A DNA stretch of 64,000 nucleotides from positions 5,022,001 through 5,086,000 of the forward strand of contig JANJGN010000041.1 in NCBI GenBank assembly GCA_026770705.1. The letters are read 5' to 3'. Each line of letters begins with the position of its first letter. Position 1 is the first letter of the stretch. This DNA is from Isurus oxyrinchus. Its lineage: Eukaryota. This document shows positions 51,881 through 62,889 of the stretch, in pieces. The notes beneath the pieces were generated by a model. That model had not been told where the DNA came from, made no database searches, and saw only the letters and a list, made by a program, of their open reading frames with translations. The position numbers and the translations under genes were made by a program.

Positions 51881-52562
51881 CTTGCTTTCTTTCTCAGCAG
51901 TTTTCTCTCCACGTTTCATATGGGGTCTTCACCTCCTGTACCCTCCTCCCGGTGTGTAATTATCCTCCCCCTCGTCCTCAGTTTCATTAACCCCAACCAC
52001 CCCCTCCCCACACTCAAATCACCCAGCACACCGCCCCGCACCCAATCGACCACCACGACCCCATTAGTGCCATGGATGAAAAGGCCCAGCTTGCTGGCAG
52101 GTCTTAGTAAGAGTTTCTGATGGCCCGGGTGTATTTAGAGACTCATTAACCAACAGCTCCTGCACATGTGTTTTTTGAAAATCCTCCCTCAGCTCAATTT
52201 ACAGGTCAATTGCCATCTCATTCCCCAAGGCTTAGTGAACCGTTGGTGGCACCTGGGCTACAAACCATCCCTTTCCTTGAGCATTTGCAAACCAATACAC
52301 TAGGCCCTTTTTGCAATATACTCAAAGCTCCACCAAGATTACTAACTCTCTCCCTACCAAGGCATATTAAACCTGTCCCTCTTCAACTGTTATGATCTTG
52401 CTAAGTAATTTATAATTCTCTTCTTAGAGCGATAGTGGTGAAATTATTCCGAGACGGTCCAAATACTTTCAAATTCTTGTAAAAGTGCTGTGTCCAGTAC
52501 TGAAAACAATATCTCTTTGATGGCTTGATGTTCTGCATTTTGGAAATCTAGTTAAACCATAT

Positions 52563-55500
52563 TGTGACGAATGTATAATATTTCTTGTGATATTATTCTG
52601 TAATTAGGTTAATATTGGGTTTCAGAAAGTTTCAGTGCATGTGTGTGTGTGACTTAATTTAAATGCAGACATAATTAAATTGATAATTTTCGGGGCCTTC
52701 ATCAATAAAATAAGGAAGTTCTGAAATGCAAAATATGTAAACATGGCTGCAGATTTGGAATGTGAGATGAGTAAAGTATGCATTTTAGGTAAATTTGGGT
52801 AGTTTGAGTTTCAAAGAGGATGTAACACCCAGCCTGTGAAGCCTAGCAAAGCGGTGTGTTTATATTGGATTCAAAAAGGTTAACAATAACATTAGCACCA
52901 TGTAATGATTTTTTGTAGGGGAAAAAGTAATGTTCGATAGCCATATTGGGAAAATGAAATTTTCAATAAAAGGGAAAAAACATGTTACATGGATGTAGAA
53001 GTTCTTTATTAGAGGAGACATAGCAAAATCTAACATAAATGGGAAAATCCCCCATCGATTCAGCATTAAGCCTCTGTCTACAGAAATCAAAGCTGTGAAA
53101 AACGCCACTTTGAATTCTTCTATGCAGGGTGTTGTATTGACTAGCCTGGATGTGATTCAGGTTTTACTGTTACTGTAATGAGGGTGTAAATGGAAATCAC
53201 ATTAATTAGGCTTTCTGGGCTTTATTATTGTATTAATTTGTACACCTATGAATTTGCTTTAAATCTTAATTGTTGTTATTAAATGTTTAATCTAATTTTT
53301 CGAAATCTTGGTGGTCTTCTTACCACTCAATTCAGGGCATGCATCTCGAAACAAACACATAATGCAAAACCGTTGTGACTGCTTTATCAGGTATTTTTTT
53401 GCAGGATTCTTCCACCTAGCACACATCACCTGCCGCATCATAAAAAGCGTTGGTCGTTGCTATAGGTTTGAAAATATTTGTGTGGCTTGGAGTAGCTGAA
53501 CTTTAACGTTGCAAATACGAGAAGCACTTTGAATTAAGGAGTTGGTGTGAAATGTTGTTTTTAAAAAGTCGGGAGACTGCAAGATGCCCGTATCAATGGC
53601 TAAATCGTTGTTGGAAATAGCAGGAATAACTGTGATTTGTTTACCAGAATAAAAGCTAAGTGTAAACAACAGGTCTGTTGGTTAAGTTGCTTTTGAGGTT
53701 AAATGTGAGAGCAAAGAAAGCAGACATAGTTGAAGTGATAGCGCAGCATTTTAAGTTGGAAGTGAAAACTGAAAGTAATGAGTCAACTCTGGTGGTAGCG
53801 AAACTCCAGTTGGAATTGAGGAGGCATTAATTTCAATGAGCAAAGGAACTGGAAAACCTTGAACTGGATGCAAAGGAAAAACGAAAGAGAGATTGTTCCA
53901 AAAATATATTGGAAATGTGAAAACTCCAGAGGAAAACATTAACAATTCACGAGAGAGTCAAGGAAAGAGACAGAGAGTTCTGACTTTAATACGTTAGAGT
54001 TGACAAAGAGAGACATATGATGCAGATAAATGTTGTGATAATGAAAAACCTATAACCCGTGGGTAAGATATCTAAACTTGTGCAAGCTTTTCCAAAGATT
54101 GAAGAAAGAGTTGTGAAGTCGCACTCTGTTACATTTGAGAACATAATACAGAGATGAAAAGGCCAGAAGTAAACTTGACACTGTAGTTACGGTATAGATA
54201 ATTGGGTAGAGCTCATTTCGGTTATGTTTCACTGTCAGCAGGAAGGTCAGTGGACTTTGACGTGATAAAATACATATTTTGAGTGCATATGAGTTGGATC
54301 TTGAGGCAGAAATGAAGAAATTTAGGAGTATAAGAAAGTAGCCTGGGAACATGTAACCTGAGTTTAGGAGAATGTAACACAGTAATTTCGACTGATAAAT
54401 CCAGGAATTAAATGCAGAGACAACATATGCTGCTTTACAGAATCAATTATTTTAGATTAACTAAAGTGAGATCTCATGTTGATGGACAGAGGGTTACAAC
54501 AGTAAGACATGCCGCAGAAATAGATGATCATTAAATGTTATCTCGTACACCTAATCATTTTTTTGCACTCTTTTAAATAAGGGAGGCAGACAAAATAGGA
54601 AGGACTGCGTGTAATCAGGGGAGGGAGGGAGTAGTTGCAAATTCCATGGCATTCAGTGTTTTTGACCTGATATTTGGTTTCATAAAGATGTTTTTAGTTT
54701 CTGCCAGACATGACATACATGCCAATTTTGGCGAAACCACAATCAGCAATTAAAGCACACCCTTTATTCATTCCAATACCAGCTTGTAGAGAACCATTTA
54801 GCACTTCCTTAATAGATTGTTTTGGACCCTCAGCTGAAGCAGAAGTGGGAAACAGTGTCTTTCAAAAATTATGGTAGCTCTAACAACATTTCCAGCGGCA
54901 GTGCATTTCGGGAAGATCATAGTGAAAATTGCAGGGGAAAAGCCATTTCACGTCTTCGCAATATGTTGGTTACCTCTGGAAAAGCAATTAGATCAAGGCT
55001 CAAATTTTATGTCACAAATATTCAAATAAAAAAAATGGAAAGTTTGGGAAAGGAGAAAAAAATCAGCCTTCAGCATAATACTCACAATCATAAGGAACTT
55101 TAGCAAGTTGAAATCTAATGTTAAAGAGCACGATTAAAGTTTATTGAAAATGATGTTCCATTTTTGGGATAAAGTCCCTCCATTTGCATTTCTAAGGGAT
55201 GCCCAAAGGGAGTCCATGGCATTCAGTGTTTTTGACCTGATATTTGAGGTAGTGGCGGGAGATGCAGTGAAATTAATTAAAGAAAAAGTTATCAGTCAAG
55301 GTTCCGAGACTTCACATTAGACCAAAATGTCAGATCACTGGGAAAGACTAAGCAAGGCTTGCGGGTCGTCCAAAAAACATATAAAAATAGAAATGCTCCG
55401 GAATACTGAAGGCAAGAGCAGATATCTCTTCTTAAGATCGGAGTTTTCTTGCTGGAGGAAATATGTGATTGTGGTGACTTTTCGCTGGGAACAAGAGAAA

Positions 55501-58350
55501 AGCAAGGTTCACGGGCCTTCGCTAAATCAAAAAGAAACTCAATTCTGTGAATAATATAGTGAACAGTCCAAGCAGCTGGAAATTCAACTGAATGTTTCCC
55601 GTTAAATTGTTAATTCCATATAATGGCTGGGAAGGTAACCAGGAGAGGAACTTGTTTGCATTAGTGAAAGGAGAAAGTGGAGAACTTAATATCTCAAACA
55701 TTTGAAGAATGAAACATAAATGGGATATTGTAAACTCGACCCTCCAGTAGTTAAATTGAACAGTTCAGAGGCGGTTAAAATTTAGATGAGAGCATAAGAA
55801 ATAACAACAGGGGTAGAACATTCGGTCCCTTGAACCTGCTCCGCCATTCAATAAGATAATATTTGATCTTCCAGTGTTTAGATTTCCATATAGCAATGTA
55901 ACCCGGATAACCCTTGATTCCCCTGCGATGTTACACTAAATTCCAGAAAATAATTTCGAGATGCCTTATGAAAGTTATTACAAACTCATGAAAGTTAATG
56001 TACAGATCGACCAAGGAAAACGGCTTTGGCTTTATATGTTGCAATGTTGGGGATGTCACCAATAAAGCAACATCTACTCATTCTCAATCCATGGACGTTA
56101 ATCCAAGCGAAGGAAGCAATAACGTTTATGTTCGAGGATGACATTATAAAACAGAGTAACAACATATGGAGCTCATCTCCTATAAAGGCACCTAAACCAG
56201 ATGGGTCACAATGATTGTATATAGTTTATGGCAACGTTAATGCATTCACATATGCAGATCCATATCTTATTCCACGATTGGAAAACTGTATTGAAAAGAT
56301 TGGGCAAGCAAGTTTCCTGTTAGAAAAATGATTTATTGTAGGGGTATTAAAAGTCCCGTTAACTGAAGAGGCCAAAGTAACATCAGATTTTGTAACCACG
56401 AATGGGCTTTTTCAACTGAATGTCATGCCTTTCGGAAAGAAGAACACAACAGTAACATTTCAATGATTAAGCAAAACGTTATTGAAGGATTATTTAATTG
56501 TTGTACATATGTAGTGAGACTTTCGTTGCTTTCAGCTGAGCTTGGGGGGAAGTTTACAACTATACAATGATGTGTTTGGTCATTTAGAAAGATACAATTT
56601 AGTCATAAACTTTGCATAAAGTGAATTTTCCAAAATGAAGTTGATTGATTTGCGCCAAACTATGGAGAAAAGGCAAAGTGATCTCCAGAAAAGCAAAAAA
56701 TGAGGGTCATCTAGTATTGAAAGTGCTTAAGAATACTGGAGAGATGTTATGGTCTATTAGCATACGTGGATTTTTTCGGAAGTTTGTCCTGAATTTCAGC
56801 AGGGCAGTGTTTCCCCTGACAACTCAGTAAAGAAAAGCAAAAATATTTGAATGGAAAAAGGATTGTCTAAGTGCCTTTAGCAGCCGGAATGCTGTACTCA
56901 CCACTCCCACGTTTTTCACAGCATCAAAATATGTGAAGCCATTTAAGCTGACTTTTTATGCTAGTGAATGTTGGATCAGTTTTATCAGAGGGCAACGAGA
57001 CGGGAATTGAACGGCCAGTCTGTTACGTTACTGGCAATATTTTTTTTTTCCCCCAGGGAAAATACTCAGAAGTGAGAAAGATAACCTAAATATAGTGCTG
57101 GCTGCAGAACATGTTGTAGTTCACTCATCCTAAAATTCTGCAGAAATTATTATATTCTAACGACCAGAATCCATTATCCTTCCTAGAAATGTTTCAGAAC
57201 AAGAATGTGATACTATGCTTTTTAAGTTTAATGCTATTCCCTTAAAAGTTAAACCTCAGCCATGTCGCTGGAAATTACTTTATCTAGAGCAAATATGGAG
57301 GACGAAGAAAACCATAATTAAAATGGGCCTGCGTAGATTACGTTTCTTATGGAAAATACTAGCATATTTGCTGTAAGAACATAGTTAAAGTCGTAAGATA
57401 AGATAAATGTAGTGAAGAGACGAGATGCTAACAGGAAATGTAAATGCCTCTTAAAGCTACCTTTTCAATTCTTATCCTGTTACGGGGTAAGTGATGGGAA
57501 CTAGATGTAATTTTAGACAAGCTACAAATGTATTTATAATGTGAAGCCTGGGTTTGGTTTCAGTTTGGACTTTTGCAACATTCAGCGGGCCAGCCTGGAG
57601 CACTGCTTGGATGTTTACATTTTAATGAATGCTTTACTAATCTTCAAATGAAGAGATTGGCTTCGATAGGATTTGGTGATTTAGGCAAATTGAAACTAAA
57701 ACAAGAAGTAAGAAATAAAACTGCGTTGTTGACTCACAACTGGTGATCCCGGGGATGTGCAGAGATCCATAAAGACAAGGAGCCTATCACCTTGTAGTTT
57801 CAGTTGGTGTTAGAGTGCCAACGAGTCAAGACCCGACGAAAAGGCCTCAGTCTCTTTCCAACTGGGCATGATGCCAGATTCTTGAGGAACTCGTGGATAA
57901 CCCTCTAAGGGTAAAGTATAGGTGAATTTGAGCGTTCTGGATATCTTAAGGGAGATACCAATTGTGCAATTGCTTCTAGTGAATGGTCGGAAGACTACTG
58001 GAAAACCAAATTCTTTACCACTGAACAAGCGTTATTCTTGGTCCAGAACTAATCGTGCCTTATCACTGGGGTCCTGGGTTAATAAGGGCATTAGTAGGAT
58101 GAAAGGGGCAGTGTGAGTTTCTGTCACTTATTTCGTGTTCTCTGTAATGAAAACTTACCAAGTGTTTGGTTGCCTGGTGTAATATGATCATGATTAATTA
58201 AACTTTTTTTGCGACTCATGCAAAGTCAAATAAGACTCCTGTGAACCTTCTTCACTAAGGAACACACGGTTTCAAAATAAATGATTTCTTAAAATAGGCC
58301 ATCAATCCAGGTTGCATTCTGCTGTGTAACTCTGTTTTTATAAACAGCGT
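52563..58350 (+). mobile_element. Degenerate Gmr1-like Gypsy LTR retrotransposon (gag, integrase, RT, RNase H order)
   Basis: Gag: ILSAYELDLEAEMKKFRSIRK (~54270-54340). Integrase: CQT.HTCQ..IPIPACREPFS..LIDCFGP..WDK..RDA..ES..FS.F.LIF (54690-55250). RT: WSSSPIKAPKPDGSQ..DPYLIPRLENCIEKIGQA..VPLTEEAK..FVTTNGLFQLNVMPFG (56000-56600). RNase H: KPFKL..AS..GIERPVCY (56930-57030). LTR-like flanks at ~52563-53444 and ~57490-58350 do not match obviously. Confidence 0.85.
55792..55925 (-). mobile_element. CR1 3'-tail fragment inserted in the Gypsy element
   Basis: cataagaaata..cagg.gtag..cattcgg.ccct.ga.cctgctccgccattcaataagat. Confidence 0.7.
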
Positions 58351-58536
58351 GAAAAACTTATAACCCTCCAGTCCTCGGATATCACTCCAAGGTGCACTTA
58401 CATGTCATGGTCAGTCAAACCCCTACTGGCAGCCTTCCATCCATTAGCGACCCACATACATCCGATAGAGGGCAGGTAATGTTCTATTCTGTTGTGATAA
58501 AAAAAATGTTGGATAGCAAGACGTTAACTGAACCAC

Positions 58537-58620
58537 TTTGTTCAGTCCCTGTAATTAACTTCAATCTCCCTGGATCCTAATTGTGTCACAGGAGGGTTCC
58601 ACTCTGCTATTTATATGGGG
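58537..58620 (+). promoter_or_regulatory. Putative proximal promoter of GPR139-like copy D (TAATTA site and TATTTATA box)
   Basis: Block conserved with 7207-7290. TATTTATA at ~58608-58615, about 140 bp upstream of the ATG. Confidence 0.55.
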
Positions 58621-58751
58621 CTCATTTCAATGTGCCTTCCCCTAATGTCAGAGGGACAGTCGCATTCAGCACTCACAAGGATCAACGACTCCATAGAGAG
58701 GGGGAGAAACAATATCAGAACCTGAGAATAATAGATTGGAATTTCACAACA

Positions 58752-58926
58752 ATGAATCAGAATCTTAGAAGAAAGTCTTGGAATGTTACAAAAATGGACA
58801 GGAGTTTATCCTCGGGGCTTTATTACCTTTCTCCAGATCGGATATCATTAGCTGATAGGATCCTGGGTGTAATTTCGTTAATCCAAGTGGGTTACTTTCC
58901 CATCCTGGCTCTTTTCGGTGTCACCG
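58752..58926 (+). CDS. GPR139-like: GPR139-like GPCR copy D, coding exon 1
   Basis: MNQNLRRKSWNVTKMDRSLSSGLYYLSPDRISLADRILGVISLIQVGYFPILALFGVT, then a phase-1 donor G|gtaaga at 58927. No stops. Confidence 0.88.
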
Positions 58927-58999
58927 GTAAGAACCTATATGCAACAATCTGTTATTTGAACCAGATTGACTGCATTGCCTTTACTGTCTTTTACATTTC

Positions 59000-59460
59000 A
59001 GGAAGATGGAAGTCATTTGCTACTGTTCCCATTTTAATGACCGTTCCCTATCCAGTCGCTCCACCCACGTACCACGCCACTATCTAAGTCTGATCCATAG
59101 TGTCGTCGACCCCGAGGCCCCATTTGGCCCTGAGCTGATTTCTGAGCCCATACCCTTTCCATCCATAAGCCTGTCTTCGACAAGATCTGCAGCCTCACCC
59201 ACGATCCTCACAGCAGTAGCACATCACCGGAATGCTCCCTCAGCTGTGCATTTGTCAAAGTCAGACTCGGCTTTTAAAATGTTAATCTGGCCATACAATT
59301 GCAGTTATAAACCTTCTTGAAACATACCATGTACAAAACTCTGCTTTCTGTAAACTAACCCATGCCAAATCTCATTCCACCATCATCCCTGCGCTCACGG
59401 GCCAACATTGCTTCCAGGTCTTTCAGCTAGTCAATTTCAAAATTCCAATCCTGTCACCTG
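59000..59460 (+). mobile_element. Old L2-type LINE RT C-terminal fragment in the intron of copy D
   Basis: GKMEVICYCSHF..FGPELISEP..NSAFCKLTHAKSHSTIIPALTGQHCFQV..NFKIPIL, resembling L2 GKTEAIVFG..FDPELSF..NSAARILTRTKSRSPITPVLADLHWLPV..FKILIL. Confidence 0.7.
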
Positions 59461-59979
59461 ATTACTCTTTAATCTCATTTCTCCAATCACTCCCATGCCC
59501 AGAAACTCAGACATGGTGCCCCTTGTTGTGCAGGGGTTTTCAGCATGTTTGACACTTGCCTTTTAAACACTGTCTGTACCTGCCCACCGAAAGCCTGTGT
59601 TAATCACTCTCAGCTAAATGCTTGTTAAACAACACGAGGCACCCTCTCCAATTTAATTGAAACGGGCCGGACATCTGTCAGCTGAAGGGCTTTTGACTGA
59701 CTTCTGTTATTGCAGGGTCCATTGAGGTGCTGTAGATGGTTTTCATGGTGCTGTGCTGTGAGGGGCTGCATACATTGAGAGAGGAAAGAGGATTTATAGG
59801 CCATACCTTGGAAGAGTTTTTGGGCCTGTAATTACAGTGCATCTGGACCTCTACCATGACTAGCGAAAGAAGTGGAGTGAAGAGGGAGCGGAACGCCTGT
59901 TAACATTTGGGTGTCGGGGGGTGGGGGTTGCTTTGGGGGGCGGGTGAGGGGGGTTGCACTGCCCTAAGCACCGCGGGAT

Positions 59980-60930
59980 TTTCAGGGACACTTTAGAAAC
60001 CTATACTTAAAACATGGGCAGAGACAGATATAACTCAGCCACGACACTAGGGTGTTACAGAGCCATCTCATCTCCTTTAACAACACTTGGGGCCGCACAC
60101 CAGGTTGAGAGAGCTGCAGTCTTTGGACACGAATTTCACAAGATCAGTGAAACTTCTATGGATTCGGAAGATTCCAGGCAGGGGAATAGTTGTTGTTATA
60201 TTCATTATCTCCCAGTATTTTGCCTAACTATGTATTCACTAGCCGACAGAGAACATCTATGCTGGGTGCCACGTTTATACCGGTGCTCCCTCAACAGGGA
60301 GAAGCATAATGATTGGTCTCATGGCCTCCTAGGGTAGAGGGATTCCCGATGGCATGAGTGATTCCGCTGTGGCCAATTAGAATTGACAGAGAAAAGGCTC
60401 TGAAAGAACTATCACTGTATTGACGTGCATTTGATGTATGTTTATGCACAGTACATCATGTTGGTGAATAGCCACTATCCTGACTAGAGCCGCAATCCCT
60501 TCATTATGAAGCACTCGGACATTTACAGCATCTTTGATGCTCCATAGAGAACCACAAAGTGGATATTCGGAGTTGAAGGCTGCCCCGTCGGTACATGGAT
60601 CAAAAAACTTTACTTTGCCATTCTGTAACTCCAACCAAGCAGGTGAACATAGCATGTCAATGCCAAAAGCGATGGAGTTGCATAGAGTATTGTGGATCAG
60701 CCTGCCAGAGTGGCAAAGAAACGCTTCTGATTCCTGCGCCGTTTGGAGTGAACCCTCCAGTACACACTGGAGCAGCTGATCATTTTCATAGTGTTCTGCT
60801 TGATCCTTCATATCATCACCATCATAAGGATACAGGCAATGTCACCAAGAATCCAGAGGGCAACGAAGGTGAAGAGGAGATTGTGTTAAGATATATCGTG
60901 GATGCTTTCGCCTTTGACAGGTTGTCTAGA
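59980..60930 (+). mobile_element. Harbinger/PIF transposase (HARBI1-like, DDE_Tnp_4) relic
   Basis: NFYGFGRFQAG..KNYHCIDVHLM..IMLVNSHYP..PFIMKHS..WIFGVEGCPVGTWI..KRF..LQYTLEQLIIFIVFCLILH, resembling NFYASGSFQ..KGFHSLNVQLV..NARYPGSSHDAFIL..WLLGDKGYP..LQYSP..VVCCMLHN. Confidence 0.8.
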
Positions 60931-62011
60931 TGTGCCCGCTAAGAATCCTGTTTGCACAAAACTTCCTTTTCTGAAGTTGTACTGAACGTAAATTTAAATG
61001 TTTACACAATGGAAATCCAACAGCAAGATCAAAGGACAGGGACACTGTTGCTAATAAATGAAACACTTCAAAATTAGATAAGCTAAGAGACATTTTTGAA
61101 GATTTCACGCATTAAAAGAGGCTGATAGGCTTTACATGTTGGTACATTTCTTCAATACAGAGGCTCCGCCACACTGTAGACTAAAAGCCAAATATTTACA
61201 AAATCCATTTGTCTTCAATCACGGAGGAACGAACAATTCAGTCCTGCAACGTTTTCAACCAACACATTAAGCAATTTAAGAAATGAGCTGTTCCTCTTCT
61301 ACACTCCTAATAATTTAAGTATGTGTTGCATTTCTGCAAATCATCATGCTTTGTGTGAGGGTGTATGAGTGTTTGTGTTGTACATGATCGTTATTATTTG
61401 TGTTTGTGCATTTTGTAAGAAACGGACGTTTATTCTTTCATTTGAAATGATAATTCGCAAGATAGCTCGCTTCGAAATTCTTAAAATACCATCTGTGGAG
61501 AAAAGAAACATTCTTTCTGATAACCGCTGAGCATTCCTGTCAGGAAGATATGTTGAGCAAAATATTAAATTAACCCATTTCTCTTCTTTATCCTTAATGG
61601 AATCATCACCTCTGGCGCCTCTCAATCAACTGCGTCTCCCCTCTCACTTATGGATTCCACACTCACCCATGGGTACCACCCGTAATACGCACGCTGACCT
61701 GGCACTCCGTAAGCCTCAATCACGGCTAAGTGTAACTATTATCCCCCGATTACTCCTTTACTCCCTTGTCTCTTAAATATTCCCGGTCTCCTGCAACTCT
61801 CATCTCCACTCCATTTCCACCTCCTTATTTAAACTATTCAATGTATTCTTCCTTCCATGGAATAACAGACATTTTTTATACCTTCTTTCAGGGCCGTTCA
61901 TTTCAATACACCAGAGGATGCTGTAATACATCTCCATCGCATCTCAATCATACTGGCAACTTTGGTACCAGAGTGTTAAATCATTTTACTATTTATTACC
62001 TTTCCTTGCAG

Positions 62012-62889
62012 TGAACCTATTCACGATTGTGATATTGAGGCGCCAGAGGTGCGGTCTCTCCAATTGTGTTACCCGTTACCTGGTGGCCATGGCAGTGGCT
62101 GATCTACTGGTCATTATCCTCGACCTGATACTGAGGCATATTCCAATTGTGTTTGATAAGTATTTTATTTTCCTGCAATCAGTCCCAGTGTGTAATATCC
62201 ACGCCGTCCTGCTCTATGCAGCCACTGACTGTTCTGTGTGGTTCACCGTCACTTTTACCTTGGATCGATTTGTGGCCATTTGTTGCCCGAAACTGAAAAC
62301 TAAATATTGCAATGAAAAAACGGCAGCTGTGATTCTGGGAACCGTGATTGCACTGAGCTGTTCAAAGAACATTTTCTGGTATTTTTTACTCACAGGTCAG
62401 TACTGGCTGGTAAACTTCCCCTGGTTTTGTGGTTACACAAAAGAGGTTCTGTTCTCTCCTGTCTGGGTGACAATCGAGTTCACCCATCACATTCTAACAC
62501 CTTGTGTCCCATTTGTACTGATCCTGCTCATCAATATTTTGACAGTCGAGTATATTTTAGTGACCAGCATGACCCGCAGGAGCCTTCGGTCTCATAGGAG
62601 AGGGGAGAGCCCCAGAGACCCAGAGATGGACAATCGAAAGAAATCGATCATGTTACTGTTTTATATTTCAGCCAATTTCATTGTTTTATGGGCAATGTTA
62701 ATGTTTTATTCCATATGGGTTCGAATGTATGATTTTGGCTTTAATTCACTGTATCTACATTTTTTTGTTCTGCAATTGGGTTTCATGCTGCAGCTCCTGA
62801 GTTGCTGCACAAACACTTGGATTTATGCTGTGACACAGACTAAGTTTCGGGAGCAGTTTTGGAAAATGTTGAAATATCCCTTCAATTAA
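62012..62889 (+). CDS. GPR139-like: GPR139-like GPCR copy D, coding exon 2 (spliced product 350 aa, 7TM class A)
   Basis: Acceptor tttccttgcag (AG at 62010-62011) joins exon 1 in frame (G+TG = Val; 175+878 = 1053 nt). Open 7TM frame with YLVAMAVADLLV, SVWFTVTFTLDRFVAICC, LFYISANFIVLW and MLQLLSCCTNTWIY..KFREQ, motifs shared with vertebrate GPR139/GPR142. Confidence 0.95.

Noticed and set aside
58581-59087. 168-aa standalone ORF
   Set aside because: It is exon 1 plus upstream sequence and read-through into the intron.
62800-62830. NPxxY replaced by NTWIY as a novelty
   Set aside because: GPR139 itself lacks this proline (NFFLY, as recalled), so it is a family trait.
62011-62889. Single-exon GPCR starting at GTG 62011
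   Set aside because: The GTG overlaps the splice acceptor; the first half of TM1 is in the exon at 58752-58926.
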